Positions 9,497 to 18,875 of a stretch of 64,000 bases of DNA are shown here, one piece after another. How positions within the stretch are numbered: the stretch's first letter is position 1; the number at the start of each line of letters is the position of its first letter. The position numbers and the translations under genes are program-made. The DNA lies in the NCBI GenBank assembly GCA_963770895.1, contig CAVYRF010000002.1:3360001-3424000 (forward strand). Direction: 5' to 3'. The stretch comes from an uncultured Acidobacteriota bacterium (GTDB taxonomy: Bacteria > Acidobacteriota > Thermoanaerobaculia > Multivoradales > UBA5704). The notes under the pieces are model-generated. The model saw only the letters and a list, made by a program, of their open reading frames with translations. It had not been told where the DNA came from and ran no database searches.

Positions 9497-10339
9497 ATGG
9501 AGGCAAAGCTGGAGACCGTCGTGACGCCTTGCTTCGAGGTGGAGCTCGGCCTGGTGTCGGAGTGTGGTCCCGCGCGCTCGGAAAATGAGGACGCCGCCGC
9601 CGCGTGGCATGAAGCGCAGGCGATCGCGGCGCTGGTGGTGGCAGACGGGATGGGTGGTCACCGCGGCGGCCGCGAGGCGGCCGAGATCGTGGTGCGCTGC
9701 AGCTTGGACAGCGTTCGTGAGCTGGCGGCGGCCACGGCGCCCAGTTGGAGCGACATGCTGCGCAGTGCCATGGCCAGCGCGCATGAACAGGTGCTGGCGG
9801 CAGCGCGCGGCACGCGGGACGACGGCAGCGGACGAGCGCTGGCGGGCATGGGAGCCACTGCCGTTCTCGCCGTTGTCGACCTGGCGGCGACTCCCATCCT
9901 GCACGTCGCGCACGTCGGCGACAGCCGCGCCTACCTGTTTCGCGGCACGTCGCTGATGCGCTTGACCCGCGACCACTCGCTGGTCGGCAGGATGGTGGCG
10001 GACGGCCTGCTGACCGAAGCCGCGGCATTCAGACATCCCGACAGCAACGTCATCGAAAGAGCCATCGGGCAATCGGAACCGCTGACTGCGGAGATAGAGA
10101 CGGCGCTGCTGCTCATGGCAGGCGACCTGGTGCTGCTCACCACCGACGGCCTGCATGGAGCATTGCCGGACGACGCCATCCGCCAGCTGCTGCTCGACGC
10201 CGGCTCGGCACAGGCGGCGTGCGAGGAGCTGGCGGCGGCCGCGCTTGCCGCCGACGGCCAGGACAACGTCACGGTCGGCTGCATGAAGCTCGTCGAGCTC
10301 GACGGATTCAGCCGGCGCCCAACCCGCGTCGAGGCGTGA
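9497..10339 (+). CDS. PP2C-family Ser/Thr protein phosphatase
   Basis: RSENED, VADGMGGH, GMGAT, HVGDSRAY, TRDHS, TDGL and DNVT; GGAGG RBS before ATG 9497. Confidence 0.93.
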   Translation: MEAKLETVVTPCFEVELGLVSECGPARSENEDAAAAWHEAQAIAALVVADGMGGHRGGREAAEIVVRCSLDSVRELAAATAPSWSDMLRSAMASAHEQVLAAARGTRDDGSGRALAGMGATAVLAVVDLAATPILHVAHVGDSRAYLFRGTSLMRLTRDHSLVGRMVADGLLTEAAAFRHPDSNVIERAIGQSEPLTAEIETALLLMAGDLVLLTTDGLHGALPDDAIRQLLLDAGSAQAACEELAAAALAADGQDNVTVGCMKLVELDGFSRRPTRVEA

Positions 10340-10364
10340 GCGCGCGAATCGCCAGAGGAGCTCG

Positions 10365-11198
10365 ATGATTGAATGTTCCAGCTGTCACACCTTGAATCCC
10401 GAAGGCGAAGCGAAGTGCCTGCTCTGCCGCGCCGAGCTGGCGCTTCCGCAGCGCGCCGCCGCCGCGGTGCGCTGCGCCGCCGGCCACCCGATCGATCCGA
10501 GCTGGCGCAGCTGCCCGTATTGCGAGCGCCAGGCAGGTGGGCAAAGCCAGTCAAGCTCGCCGCGGACCGATCTGGGCGGCACCGTTCCGCCCCGTCCGAC
10601 GCTCGTCGAGGAGCAACCCACAGCCCAGTTGCGGCACCAGCGAGCGAGCGCTGCTGCCGCGGGCGCAGTCAGGGCGACGCGGCTGGAGTCTCCCGCAAAC
10701 CAGCTTCTGCCGCACCCGACCGTGCTGTCGAGCGCGGTTCCGGCGCCGCCGGGTGCAGGGGCGGCACCCGCCGTTCCCGGTACCCGTGTGCTTGACGCGA
10801 CAGCGGGTGCCGCCGCGCCGGCACTCGACACGCGCCCCCTGGTGGCGGTCCTGGCGGCACCGCTGCTACGCGCCGGTGGCGCGGTCTTCGCGGTGCGGGC
10901 GGGCAAGAATGTGCTCGGTGCAAGCGACGCCAGCGACATCTGCCTGGCAGAGGACCGGCGCGTCTCCGCCGAGCACGCCATCTTGTTATATCGCGGTGGT
11001 ACCTTCCAACTGGCGGATCGCATGTCGTCGAATGGCACATGGCTGAACGGCCGGGAGGTGCCTGCCAATGGCGCCGTCGAGGTGCGCGACCGCGATCGCA
11101 TTCGTTGCGGCGGTGTCGAGCTTGTGCTGCTGGTGATCGACGGAGCCGCCGGCAGCGCCGCGGCGGCAAGCGAACCAGGCCGATCGATCTCAGGCTGA
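10365..11198 (+). CDS. Double zinc-ribbon + FHA domain protein
   Basis: CSSC, CLLC, CAAGH and CPYC; C-terminal FHA (VSAEHA, DRMSSNGTWLNG) with GA in place of the canonical GR. Confidence 0.85.
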   Translation: MIECSSCHTLNPEGEAKCLLCRAELALPQRAAAAVRCAAGHPIDPSWRSCPYCERQAGGQSQSSSPRTDLGGTVPPRPTLVEEQPTAQLRHQRASAAAAGAVRATRLESPANQLLPHPTVLSSAVPAPPGAGAAPAVPGTRVLDATAGAAAPALDTRPLVAVLAAPLLRAGGAVFAVRAGKNVLGASDASDICLAEDRRVSAEHAILLYRGGTFQLADRMSSNGTWLNGREVPANGAVEVRDRDRIRCGGVELVLLVIDGAAGSAAAASEPGRSISG

Positions 11199-11217
11199 AA
11201 AGCGGAGGGATCCTAAA

Positions 11218-12780
11218 GTGTCAACGGTTGTGACTATCAAGTATTTTACCGGCTCGCTCGCCGGCCGCAGCCAGCCGCTCGTTCTCAACGAAGGCCAGCG
11301 AGTGCGCATGGGCCGGGCGCAGGACTCCGACATCAGGTTCATCGATGCAATCGACGATTCGGTAAGCAGCCTGCACGCGGAGCTGAGCCTGCAACAGGGC
11401 CGCGTCTATCTCGAAGACAAGCGCAGCACCAACGGCACTTTTGTCAATGGCGAACGCTGCGTCCCATTTCAGGCGATCGCCCTTGCCGACGGCAGCCGCA
11501 TCCGCCTGGGCAAGGAGGGCCCGGAAATGCAGCTCCTGGTGGAGGCGCCTGCCGCCGCCGCGGCGGGTGTTGCTGCGCGCAGCGTGGACCCGGCGGCGCC
11601 GGCGGCCTCAGCGGGAGCCGCGCCGGGAGGTGCGACGCTCGCCGGGACCGCCGCCACCGACGCCGGCTCGGGCTTGGTACCGGCAAAGGTGTCCGTTGGC
11701 CGCGCCACGCTGCTGCGCGAAATCGATCGCGCTCGCCAGGACGAGCGCAACGTCGTCTCCGGGCAGCTTGCCAACTCTCGACGCAACACCGGCGTCTGGG
11801 TTGCGCTCGGGCTCGTTTTCGTGCTGGTGCTGGCCGCTCTCGGCATCGGCGGTGTGGTGCTCTGGAATCGCCGCCAGCTCGAAGCCCAGCGCGCGACCAC
11901 CAGCGCCGAGGTCGCCAAGGCCGAGACGGACGCGGCGCGGGCGGCAAGCTTGGCAAAGGAAAACGTCTGGGCGAGCGTCGAGCGCCATGCTGGGCCGGCG
12001 GTGGTTCACATTCGCTGCGGGTTCCGCGTCTTCCGGCCGAGAATCGCGCACAAGCTGACCAGCGCGACGGCGCAACTTGTCGAAACCAGGGGCGAGTTTT
12101 ATCAAGAAGAAGCGGTCGAAGGTTCCGGTGTCCTGGTGAAGCCCGGGCTCGTGCTGACGGCCAGGCATCTGATCGAACCCTGGCAGTTTGAGTTCAAGCC
12201 GTGGAGCGATCTCGAGCGCCGCGGCTGGAAGGCCGAGGACCAGATGCTCGAAGTCCAGTTTCCAGGTCAGCAGCCGATCAAGGCGAGCCTGGTCGCGGCC
12301 TCGGATAAATTCGACCTCGCACTGCTGCAGATTCAGCCAACCAACGCTCCGTATGTGGCCATAGCGAAGTCCAACGAGGGCGTGAAGGTGACGGACCGTA
12401 TCGCCGTGATCGGGTACCCCGCCGACGTCGGCCAGACGACGAGGCCGGTGGCGAAGCCGACCGGAGCCGGCTCGGAACCGGCGGAGGTGACCGACATTAC
12501 GCCGACCTTTGTCGTGGGCACGATCACCCAAGGAATCCACAGCGCACTGGACTACCAGAAGATTACCTTCGACGCCTCGATAACCAACGGCAACAGCGGC
12601 GGTGCGGTGCTCAACGAACGCGGCGAGCTGATCGGAATCGTCACGGCGCAGTACATCATGGATAAGAAAAAGGTGATCATGGGAGTTACCGTGTGGATGC
12701 AGGACCCCGTCCCTGGAGCCAACGTGGCAGTGAGCCCGCAAGCGATTCAAGAGTTCCTGCGCACGTACGGCATGACCTAG
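11218..12780 (+). CDS. FHA domain - TM - trypsin-like serine protease
   Basis: FHA: MGR, VSSLHA, DKRSTNGTFVNG. TM: VWVALGLVFVLVLAALGIGGVVLW. Protease triad: LTARH, FDLALL, TNGNSGG. Confidence 0.9.
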   Translation: MSTVVTIKYFTGSLAGRSQPLVLNEGQRVRMGRAQDSDIRFIDAIDDSVSSLHAELSLQQGRVYLEDKRSTNGTFVNGERCVPFQAIALADGSRIRLGKEGPEMQLLVEAPAAAAAGVAARSVDPAAPAASAGAAPGGATLAGTAATDAGSGLVPAKVSVGRATLLREIDRARQDERNVVSGQLANSRRNTGVWVALGLVFVLVLAALGIGGVVLWNRRQLEAQRATTSAEVAKAETDAARAASLAKENVWASVERHAGPAVVHIRCGFRVFRPRIAHKLTSATAQLVETRGEFYQEEAVEGSGVLVKPGLVLTARHLIEPWQFEFKPWSDLERRGWKAEDQMLEVQFPGQQPIKASLVAASDKFDLALLQIQPTNAPYVAIAKSNEGVKVTDRIAVIGYPADVGQTTRPVAKPTGAGSEPAEVTDITPTFVVGTITQGIHSALDYQKITFDASITNGNSGGAVLNERGELIGIVTAQYIMDKKKVIMGVTVWMQDPVPGANVAVSPQAIQEFLRTYGMT

Positions 12781-12809
12781 CCTGCGTTCCATAGCTAAGC
12801 TCAGCCGCA

Positions 12810-13754
12810 ATGGTTTACGACCTCTTCATCAGCTACGCGACCAAGGATGCCGCGAGCGCCAAGGCGATCTGCCAAGCGCTGGAGGCCAGGGGCCTGGTCT
12901 GCTGGATCTCGCCGCGCGACATCGTTCCCGGCACGGACTATTCCACCGCGCTGGCGCAAGCCATTCCTTCCTGTTGCCTGTTCTTGCTGCTGCTTTCCCG
13001 TCACTCCAACGAGTCACCCTGGGTGCATCGCGAATTGGAGCGTGCGATCAGCCGTGGAAAGCCGGTGCTGACGGTACGCCTGGAGAAGGTCGCCCCCAAC
13101 GAACACCTGGAGCTGTTCATCTCGAGCTCGCAGTGGTTCGATGCGTTTGGGCTCAGGCCATCGTCCTACCTCCCGGACCTGGGAGACAAGATTCGCCTGC
13201 TGCTCGGCCCTTCACGCGATGGCGGTGTGGCCGCTGCGCCCGCCGTCGAAGGCAAGTTGCCTCGCCCCGCGCCACCGGCCGGAGAAGTTCAGCAAGGCGG
13301 CGCAGCCGTCGATCCAAAGCCGCAGCTTCAAGTGAGCGACGCTGGCGCCGTGAAAGTTAGAAGCGGCACGGATGCCCACTCTCCAACCGCACCGATGGCG
13401 CCTTTACGTAGGCGCAGTGTGCTGCTGGCAGCAGTGGGGGTGCTGCTGGTGCTTGCGGTAGGTGGCGTGGCCTTCCTTGGCATGGTCGTCAGACCTGCAC
13501 CCGGTGAGCAACCCTCGCCTGCCCAAAGCGGGGAGCCGCAGGGGCCATCGCCCGAGCAGACGATCACGAAGTTCCAGGAGGCTGAGAAGAGCTTCGCGGA
13601 CACGATCGCGAATGGAACCTGCTCGCCGACCTCTGACGAGTATCAAGCCCTTGAGACATCTGCCGGCAAGGCGCCCGTGTCGGAGGAGGGTTGGATGAGG
13701 AGAGATATGAATAATCTCCTCACGGAATGTGAAAAAGAAACGGGTGGGCCATGA
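12810..13754 (+). CDS. TIR domain - linker - TM protein
   Basis: YDLFISYA, CWISPRDIVPG and SPWVHRELERA (catalytic Glu position); TM VLLAAVGVLLVLAVGGVAFLGMVV; short tail with two Cys. Confidence 0.9.
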   Translation: MVYDLFISYATKDAASAKAICQALEARGLVCWISPRDIVPGTDYSTALAQAIPSCCLFLLLLSRHSNESPWVHRELERAISRGKPVLTVRLEKVAPNEHLELFISSSQWFDAFGLRPSSYLPDLGDKIRLLLGPSRDGGVAAAPAVEGKLPRPAPPAGEVQQGGAAVDPKPQLQVSDAGAVKVRSGTDAHSPTAPMAPLRRRSVLLAAVGVLLVLAVGGVAFLGMVVRPAPGEQPSPAQSGEPQGPSPEQTITKFQEAEKSFADTIANGTCSPTSDEYQALETSAGKAPVSEEGWMRRDMNNLLTECEKETGGP

Positions 13755-13817
13755 CCACGGCAGACAGATGGTGGGTGACTCTTAAAGTACGTCGCTTGCA
13801 GGGTAAGGGGCGCTGAC

Positions 13818-14927
13818 ATGTTGATCGGTGACGGGGTGCGAGGAGGTGGGGTGAAGCTGCGCCAAGGGTGCCGGCGTGCCTGCCGGATGACGTTCGCCGT
13901 ATGTGCGGTGCTGCAATGGGGGATGACGGCAGGCGCTCATGCGGCCACGACAACCGCCGCGAGCTCCGGCACCGTGGGCAAGGCCGGCGATGCACCGTAT
14001 GTGCTGCTCCGGTTTGCCGCTGAGGCGGGAAGTCAGGTCGGCAGCGATGAGCGCCGCGAGGCGCTGACGCAGGCCCTGATCGCGAGCGCTAGCGCCGCGC
14101 ATGTCCTGATCTGTCGTCACGGCGTCGCCGCGGCCGGGGGGCCCTCCTTCGATCGGATGTGCTCCGAGCCCAACCGGGCGATTCCGGAGCTGTGGTGGGA
14201 TGCGGCCATCGCGATCCATCGGGCCGGCGAGACGACGGTCACCTGTTCGCTGCAGCTGGCGCTGGGTGACAGGGCTCCGAAGGCGGCGCCGGCGTTCTTT
14301 CTGACGCCTCCGATCACGCTTCCCGCAGATCTCGGTGCTGCGAGCGTCGAAGGCGCTGCCCTCCGCGAGGTCAGCGCGGAGATCGCCGCCAATCCTTACC
14401 TGGTTGCGTGGTTCAGGCAGGTGGCGAAGCTGCCTGGACCGACGGGCGCAAAGGCGGCGGAGACCCCGCCAGCGGCTCCGCCAGCTGCAGCCGAACGTCC
14501 CGCGCGCGAGCCGGCTGTGGCCGCAACCAAGGCGGCTGGCGCAGGCAGCGGCAAGGCGCCGCCGCCTCCCCCCCAGGCGGAAACGTCCTTCACCGTGCGG
14601 CAAGCGGTGATTGGCGAGGGCTTCGGCGGCGGCGCGGACGGGTACCTGCGAATCGGCAGCGAGGGAGTGGCTTTCAGCCGCAAGGAGCAGGGGCCAGCCG
14701 AGTGGACGATCCGGTGGAAAGACCTGGCTTCGGCCTCCCAGAACGATGGTATCTGGGACGCTCCCTTCGTGATCGCCCTGGTGGAGAAGGGCGGCAGGGT
14801 GCGCTATCTCACCCGCACTGACGGGCGCGGCCACTATCTCGCTGGCGACGCGGTGCTGGCCGCAATAACCCACCGGCGCGAATCGCCCCCCAAGACCGAC
14901 TCGAGCGAGGATGGGGTCCAAAAGTAG
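13818..14927 (+). CDS. Hypothetical exported two-domain protein with Ala/Pro linker
   Basis: Signal-like segment ending AHA; protein-like composition; co-oriented with the operon; start uncertain. Confidence 0.6.
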   Translation: MLIGDGVRGGGVKLRQGCRRACRMTFAVCAVLQWGMTAGAHAATTTAASSGTVGKAGDAPYVLLRFAAEAGSQVGSDERREALTQALIASASAAHVLICRHGVAAAGGPSFDRMCSEPNRAIPELWWDAAIAIHRAGETTVTCSLQLALGDRAPKAAPAFFLTPPITLPADLGAASVEGAALREVSAEIAANPYLVAWFRQVAKLPGPTGAKAAETPPAAPPAAAERPAREPAVAATKAAGAGSGKAPPPPPQAETSFTVRQAVIGEGFGGGADGYLRIGSEGVAFSRKEQGPAEWTIRWKDLASASQNDGIWDAPFVIALVEKGGRVRYLTRTDGRGHYLAGDAVLAAITHRRESPPKTDSSEDGVQK

Positions 14928-15383
14928 CGCCCGCGCCACCGCCTTCCCGCCCCGGAGCTGCTTGACCGCGCAACGGCGCGACGGCGACGCTGCTGTCGGA
15001 TCCTATAGTAAATGGCGCCACCCGCACTCCGTGGCGAACGTCGCGGGGTGCAGGGTGGCTGCGGTGCAGCTGGTGCAGCGCTTAAAGCGACAGGGAAGCG
15101 GCCAGCACGTGCCTGGGGTAGGGGGATACCCACTGCGTTGCCGGCGCGGGGGTATCGCCGGAAGATCAGGCCCTGATAGCAGGACACTCCAGCATTGCCG
15201 CGGCACATTTACAGGTAGACCTCGGCGCGCGTGACGCTCGCCGGAGGCACCCGAGAGGAGAACGGAATGAAGATCCGGTTGGGACTGCTGTTCACGAGCA
15301 TCCTGCTGGTCGCGGCCACGGCTGCTGCCGCATCTCCGGCCGCCGCGTCGCCCCCCGCGCCACCCGCCCTGCAGGCTGGCGGC

Positions 15384-16809
15384 GGGGATGTCCCACTTTC
15401 CGTTGAAAGTCGACGGCGAAGTTGGCGGTAGTTTCACGCAGTGAGCGTCTCCTGGTCAAGCTTTTCTGGGTAAGAAGGGGCAGACCGAGCGAGGGCGATG
15501 CTGAGAGCCGGCAGGTCGCGGTAGCCCTTGATGCGACGGAAGCGCTTCTCGGCTTCGAGGATCCCGGTGACCGCCCAGCGCAAGACCATCGTCCCTCCTC
15601 GCCAGCGCTTGACACGGCGAGCCAGGTGCTTCAGAGCACTGTTGAGATTCTCGATTGGATTGGTCGAGCGCAAACTGCGAGTGAGCGTCGCCGACATGCG
15701 CAGGCCGATGATTGTTAAGGTTTCATCGAGACCTTCCCGCAACGACGACGCTGCGCCTGGATGCGCCTCTTCCAGTTGCTCTGCCAAGCCCACGAGGCGC
15801 TTCCGGGCTTGCTCGACAGAGCCAGCGGCCCAAGCCTTCCGGATCACCGTTCGCACCCACGCGTGCTTACTATCAGGTAAATGATCGATCACGTTGCGCA
15901 TCTTGTGGATCTGGCAGCGTTGGATCAATGCCCAGCCCGCAAAAGTCTTTCTAATCGCGGCACGCACGCCCTTGCCGCCGTCCACAACGAACAGGCGCAT
16001 CCGCTCTACCAGCAGGCCGCGCTCGATCAAGTTGCGCAGCAACGCCCGCCCTGCCTGCTCGCTCTCGCTGCTGCCTTCCACCACCCCCAGCACTCGCTTC
16101 GACCCATCCGCCTCGATGCCCATCGCCAACAGCAGCACATGGTCGCCAAGCACCGTGCCGTCGATCATGAGCACCGGGAAGTCCCTGCCTTCGAGGGACT
16201 CGGACAGCCGCTGGGTGATCTGCTGGCGGGTCCGCGCGACGAAGCGCCGGGACACGCTCGAACGGCTGACCGAGCACGAGTTCCGGCTCTCGGGCAGGGC
16301 CTCCAGGCTCCGGGCATACTTGCGCGTCGATACGCCCACGATCATCTGCTCGAGAGCTCGCTCGTCGAGAGGATCTTCCTGTCGCATCGCGACCCAACTC
16401 GGCAGCGCCAACTCCTCGCCCCCGACGGTGCGCACCCGCGGCCGGCCCAGCTGCACCTTGCGGCCTCCGAGGACCACGCGACCCTGCTCATGTCCGTAGC
16501 GATACGCCGTGCGCTGCGCTCCCTGCCGGCTGCCGGCAGGACCCACCAGCGCCTCGCGGTCCTCCTCCAGCATCGCCTCGAACACCGCGAGCCCCGTCGC
16601 CATCACCAGCTCCCGTAGCGCCTCTCCGGCTCGCACCAGCACGCCCCCCACGCCTACTCGCCGACAGGCTCCCTCGTGCCCAGCAGTTGCCTCTCTCCCT
16701 CTCGCCGTGGCACTCTTCTTCATGACGGTGACCCTCCTTTAGTTGGCACCCCCATGCTCTATGGGGGCGAGGATCGCCGTCAACTTTCAACGGATTCTGG
16801 GACAAGGCC
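15384..16809 (-). mobile_element. Complete IS256-family insertion sequence (1426 bp)
   Basis: 36-bp imperfect inverted repeats (GGGGATGTCCCACTTTCCGTTGAAAGTCGACGGCGA / GGCCTTGTCCCAGAATCCGTTGAAAGTTGACGGCGA); 9-bp TSD GCTGGCGGC at 15375-15383 and 16810-16818. Confidence 0.95.
15434..16723 (-). CDS. IS256-family DDE transposase
   Basis: GVSTRK, LMIDG, VVDGGKG, QRCQIHK and STNPIENLN motifs. Confidence 0.95.
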   Translation of the reverse strand: MKKSATARGREATAGHEGACRRVGVGGVLVRAGEALRELVMATGLAVFEAMLEEDREALVGPAGSRQGAQRTAYRYGHEQGRVVLGGRKVQLGRPRVRTVGGEELALPSWVAMRQEDPLDERALEQMIVGVSTRKYARSLEALPESRNSCSVSRSSVSRRFVARTRQQITQRLSESLEGRDFPVLMIDGTVLGDHVLLLAMGIEADGSKRVLGVVEGSSESEQAGRALLRNLIERGLLVERMRLFVVDGGKGVRAAIRKTFAGWALIQRCQIHKMRNVIDHLPDSKHAWVRTVIRKAWAAGSVEQARKRLVGLAEQLEEAHPGAASSLREGLDETLTIIGLRMSATLTRSLRSTNPIENLNSALKHLARRVKRWRGGTMVLRWAVTGILEAEKRFRRIKGYRDLPALSIALARSAPSYPEKLDQETLTA

Positions 16810-17137
16810 GCTGGCGGCGCCGTCACGCCGGATTGCGGCCTATCGCCCGCCGCTCCCTTGACCACCTCCCTGACGTTCCCATCCTCGAGCCCCGCGCCGA
16901 CTTTTCTCGCCTCCGGTGTCACCTGTGGCTCGTGCAGCAGGAATCCTTGCGTGGGAGCGGCCTACAATTCTATTTGCGGTGAGCAGAACGACCAGTACGG
17001 GCTCTGCCTGTCGCCGCTGGGCAACAACTGCAGCGACGGCATCACGTTCAAGTGCCAGTGCTGGTACGGTCCGCTGCCGTAGCCCGTTGAGTGGCGCCGC
17101 CAGGCGGCGCCACGCCGCCGGCCCGGGCGGAGGCTGC

Positions 17138-17420
17138 TCATGCTCGGTGCAGCAGCGCGAGCAGGCGCTGCTGCACCTCCGGCCACTCCGTGCGAGGATC
17201 GTGTCGCGGGCCGTGACGGCCAGTCCGCGCCAGCGCGATCAACGGCCCTGTATCGGCAATGATTGCGGAGCTCAACGTGCGATTTCGACCTCATCTGCCA
17301 GCTCCTCGGAGCCGCATCGCACCGCCGGCACGGCCGCTTGGCCGAGCGTCTCCAAGAAGAGTTCCACGGGAAGCTCCGCCATCCTCGCCGCCTGAGCCAG
17401 GGTCAACTGCTCGTCGACCA
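17138..17420 (-). pseudogene. Remnant UPF0175 antitoxin C-terminus plus N-terminus of a PIN-like (DUF3368-type) toxin
   Basis: LTLAQAARMAELPVELFLETLGQAAVP..EELADEV ends at 17272 and overlaps (TTGA) an ORF starting MSSAIIADTGPLIALARTG that stops after 45 aa. Confidence 0.6.
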
Positions 17421-17625
17421 CCGTCACAGGCCCGGTGTTCCTGGCCGTAGATCCAGGCGACTGGGGCGTAAGCACGGCAGGGCCGAGGAACTCTTCTGAA
17501 GCGTTCACCGCCTTCGGAGAAACCGGTGGCTCCCTGGGCGCTCGCCAAGCGCCGGCCGAAGTTCCAGCATGGCCGTAGCGTTGCCGGAACCACAATAGAA
17601 AACGCTCCACCGCCTCAGGGCAGGC

Positions 17626-18006
17626 TCACGTCGAGTGTTTTTGTCCGAAAGCTGGTTCGCCTTCGCCGATATCCATTCGCTCGATGAGGCCGTTCTCCAG
17701 AGTATAGACATGTATCAGGACCTGATCAGAAAGAACGTCGCCACTCAAGGTCTTCACGAGCTGGTGAACCTTCACGTCGACCTTGCCGTTGTTCAGGCCG
17801 CTTACCTCGATCGGTTCTACGTGCGGATCAAACTCCTTCCACTGCCGCGCCCAATAGGCGCGTATTTCTTCCTTTCCAATGACCCGCCCCCCTTCGGAGG
17901 CCTTCGGCCAGTTGACGCTAGGGCTCATGCGGGCGAGGGCTCCGTCGATGTCGCGCCGATTGAATGCAGAATAGATCCCTTCAATCAGAGCTCGTGTGTT
18001 GTTCAT
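17626..18006 (-). CDS. SnoaL/NTF2-like family protein
   Basis: YSAFNRRDIDGALA..VNWP..GKEEIRAYW..HVYTLENGLIERMDI; GGAG RBS. Confidence 0.85.
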   Translation of the reverse strand: MNNTRALIEGIYSAFNRRDIDGALARMSPSVNWPKASEGGRVIGKEEIRAYWARQWKEFDPHVEPIEVSGLNNGKVDVKVHQLVKTLSGDVLSDQVLIHVYTLENGLIERMDIGEGEPAFGQKHST

Positions 18007-18428
18007 TTGCTCCCCGGATCTCGTCGGTGGCGGCGTTAAGATTCTGTAAAATAGGGCGCCCTTAGACCTACGTTCCAAGCGATCCGCGCAGAGTCCAGAT
18101 CAGTTACTGGGCAGGCGCCCCGCCGCGGCGTGGATACGAGAAATCGCCATTCCAGGTGAGAGTATATCTCTTACGTAGACGCAGAACATATCCCAATCTG
18201 CCGATCTCGCGCCGCATCTGGTGGGCCTCTTCAAGGCAGCTCGCTCGCTCCGTCGCGGCGAGGGGGGGGCGGCTTCCCGCCTGGTCAGCATCGGCACCCA
18301 AGTGGTCGGCTCGGTAACCAACGCCTCGTTTGGCCAAGACCGCTGCGTACTTGTCCGCCTGGATCTAATGGCCAGGAGCACCGCGCCGCCCGTGATACAC
18401 TCTGTAGGCACAATTTAAGGAGTTCTCA

Positions 18429-18875
18429 ATGAACAGCGTACAAATCGAGCAGAAGACCTATGAGATGCCCCCACAGGAGGGGATCAGCATCGCGCATTTT
18501 CTCACCGTCACCAACATCGAGCGATCGGCTCGCTACTACGAGACGGTCTTCGGCGCTCGTATTCTGAGCCTGGGTGACGGCAACGCGCCTGCGTACCTTC
18601 AGCTCGCGAATATCTGGATGATTTTGAACGTCGGGGGCGGGCCGACACCGGACAAGCCTACGGTAACGCTCAGCGTTCCCGACCCGAATCACATCAACAG
18701 CTTTATGAACATTCGCGTCGCAGATATTCAGGCGTGCTATGAATTATGGAAAACCCGAGGGGCCGAGTTCATCACGGAACCCTTGGAGAAGTACGGCGAG
18801 TGGCGCTGCTACATCCGCGATCCCGACGGTTATCTGATCGAGATCGGACAGAGCACCACCCTCAAGTATGGTTAA
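18429..18875 (+). CDS. VOC/glyoxalase family protein
   Basis: LTVTNIERSARYY, IRVADIQ and YIRDPDGYLIEI; AAGGAG RBS. Confidence 0.9.
   Translation: MNSVQIEQKTYEMPPQEGISIAHFLTVTNIERSARYYETVFGARILSLGDGNAPAYLQLANIWMILNVGGGPTPDKPTVTLSVPDPNHINSFMNIRVADIQACYELWKTRGAEFITEPLEKYGEWRCYIRDPDGYLIEIGQSTTLKYG

Larger units (their letters stand above)
15267..17082 (+). pseudogene. Secreted cysteine-rich peptide (126 aa when rejoined) interrupted by IS256
   Basis: 15267-15383 (MKIRLGLLFTSILLVAATAAAA...LQAGG, GAGGAG RBS) joins in frame to 16819-17082 once the IS and one TSD copy are removed; C-terminal domain has 8 Cys. Confidence 0.85.

Noticed and set aside
7338-14927. Type VI secretion regulatory module (PpkA/PppA/Fha)
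   Set aside because: No T6SS structural genes in the window, and the trypsin and TIR fusions are not part of that module
16749-16768. CCCCAT-N5-ATGGGG hairpin as a terminator
   Set aside because: Lies inside the IS upstream of the transposase and has no U-tract
18100-18411. Short ORFs between the SnoaL and VOC genes
   Set aside because: No recognisable motif or RBS; possibly debris
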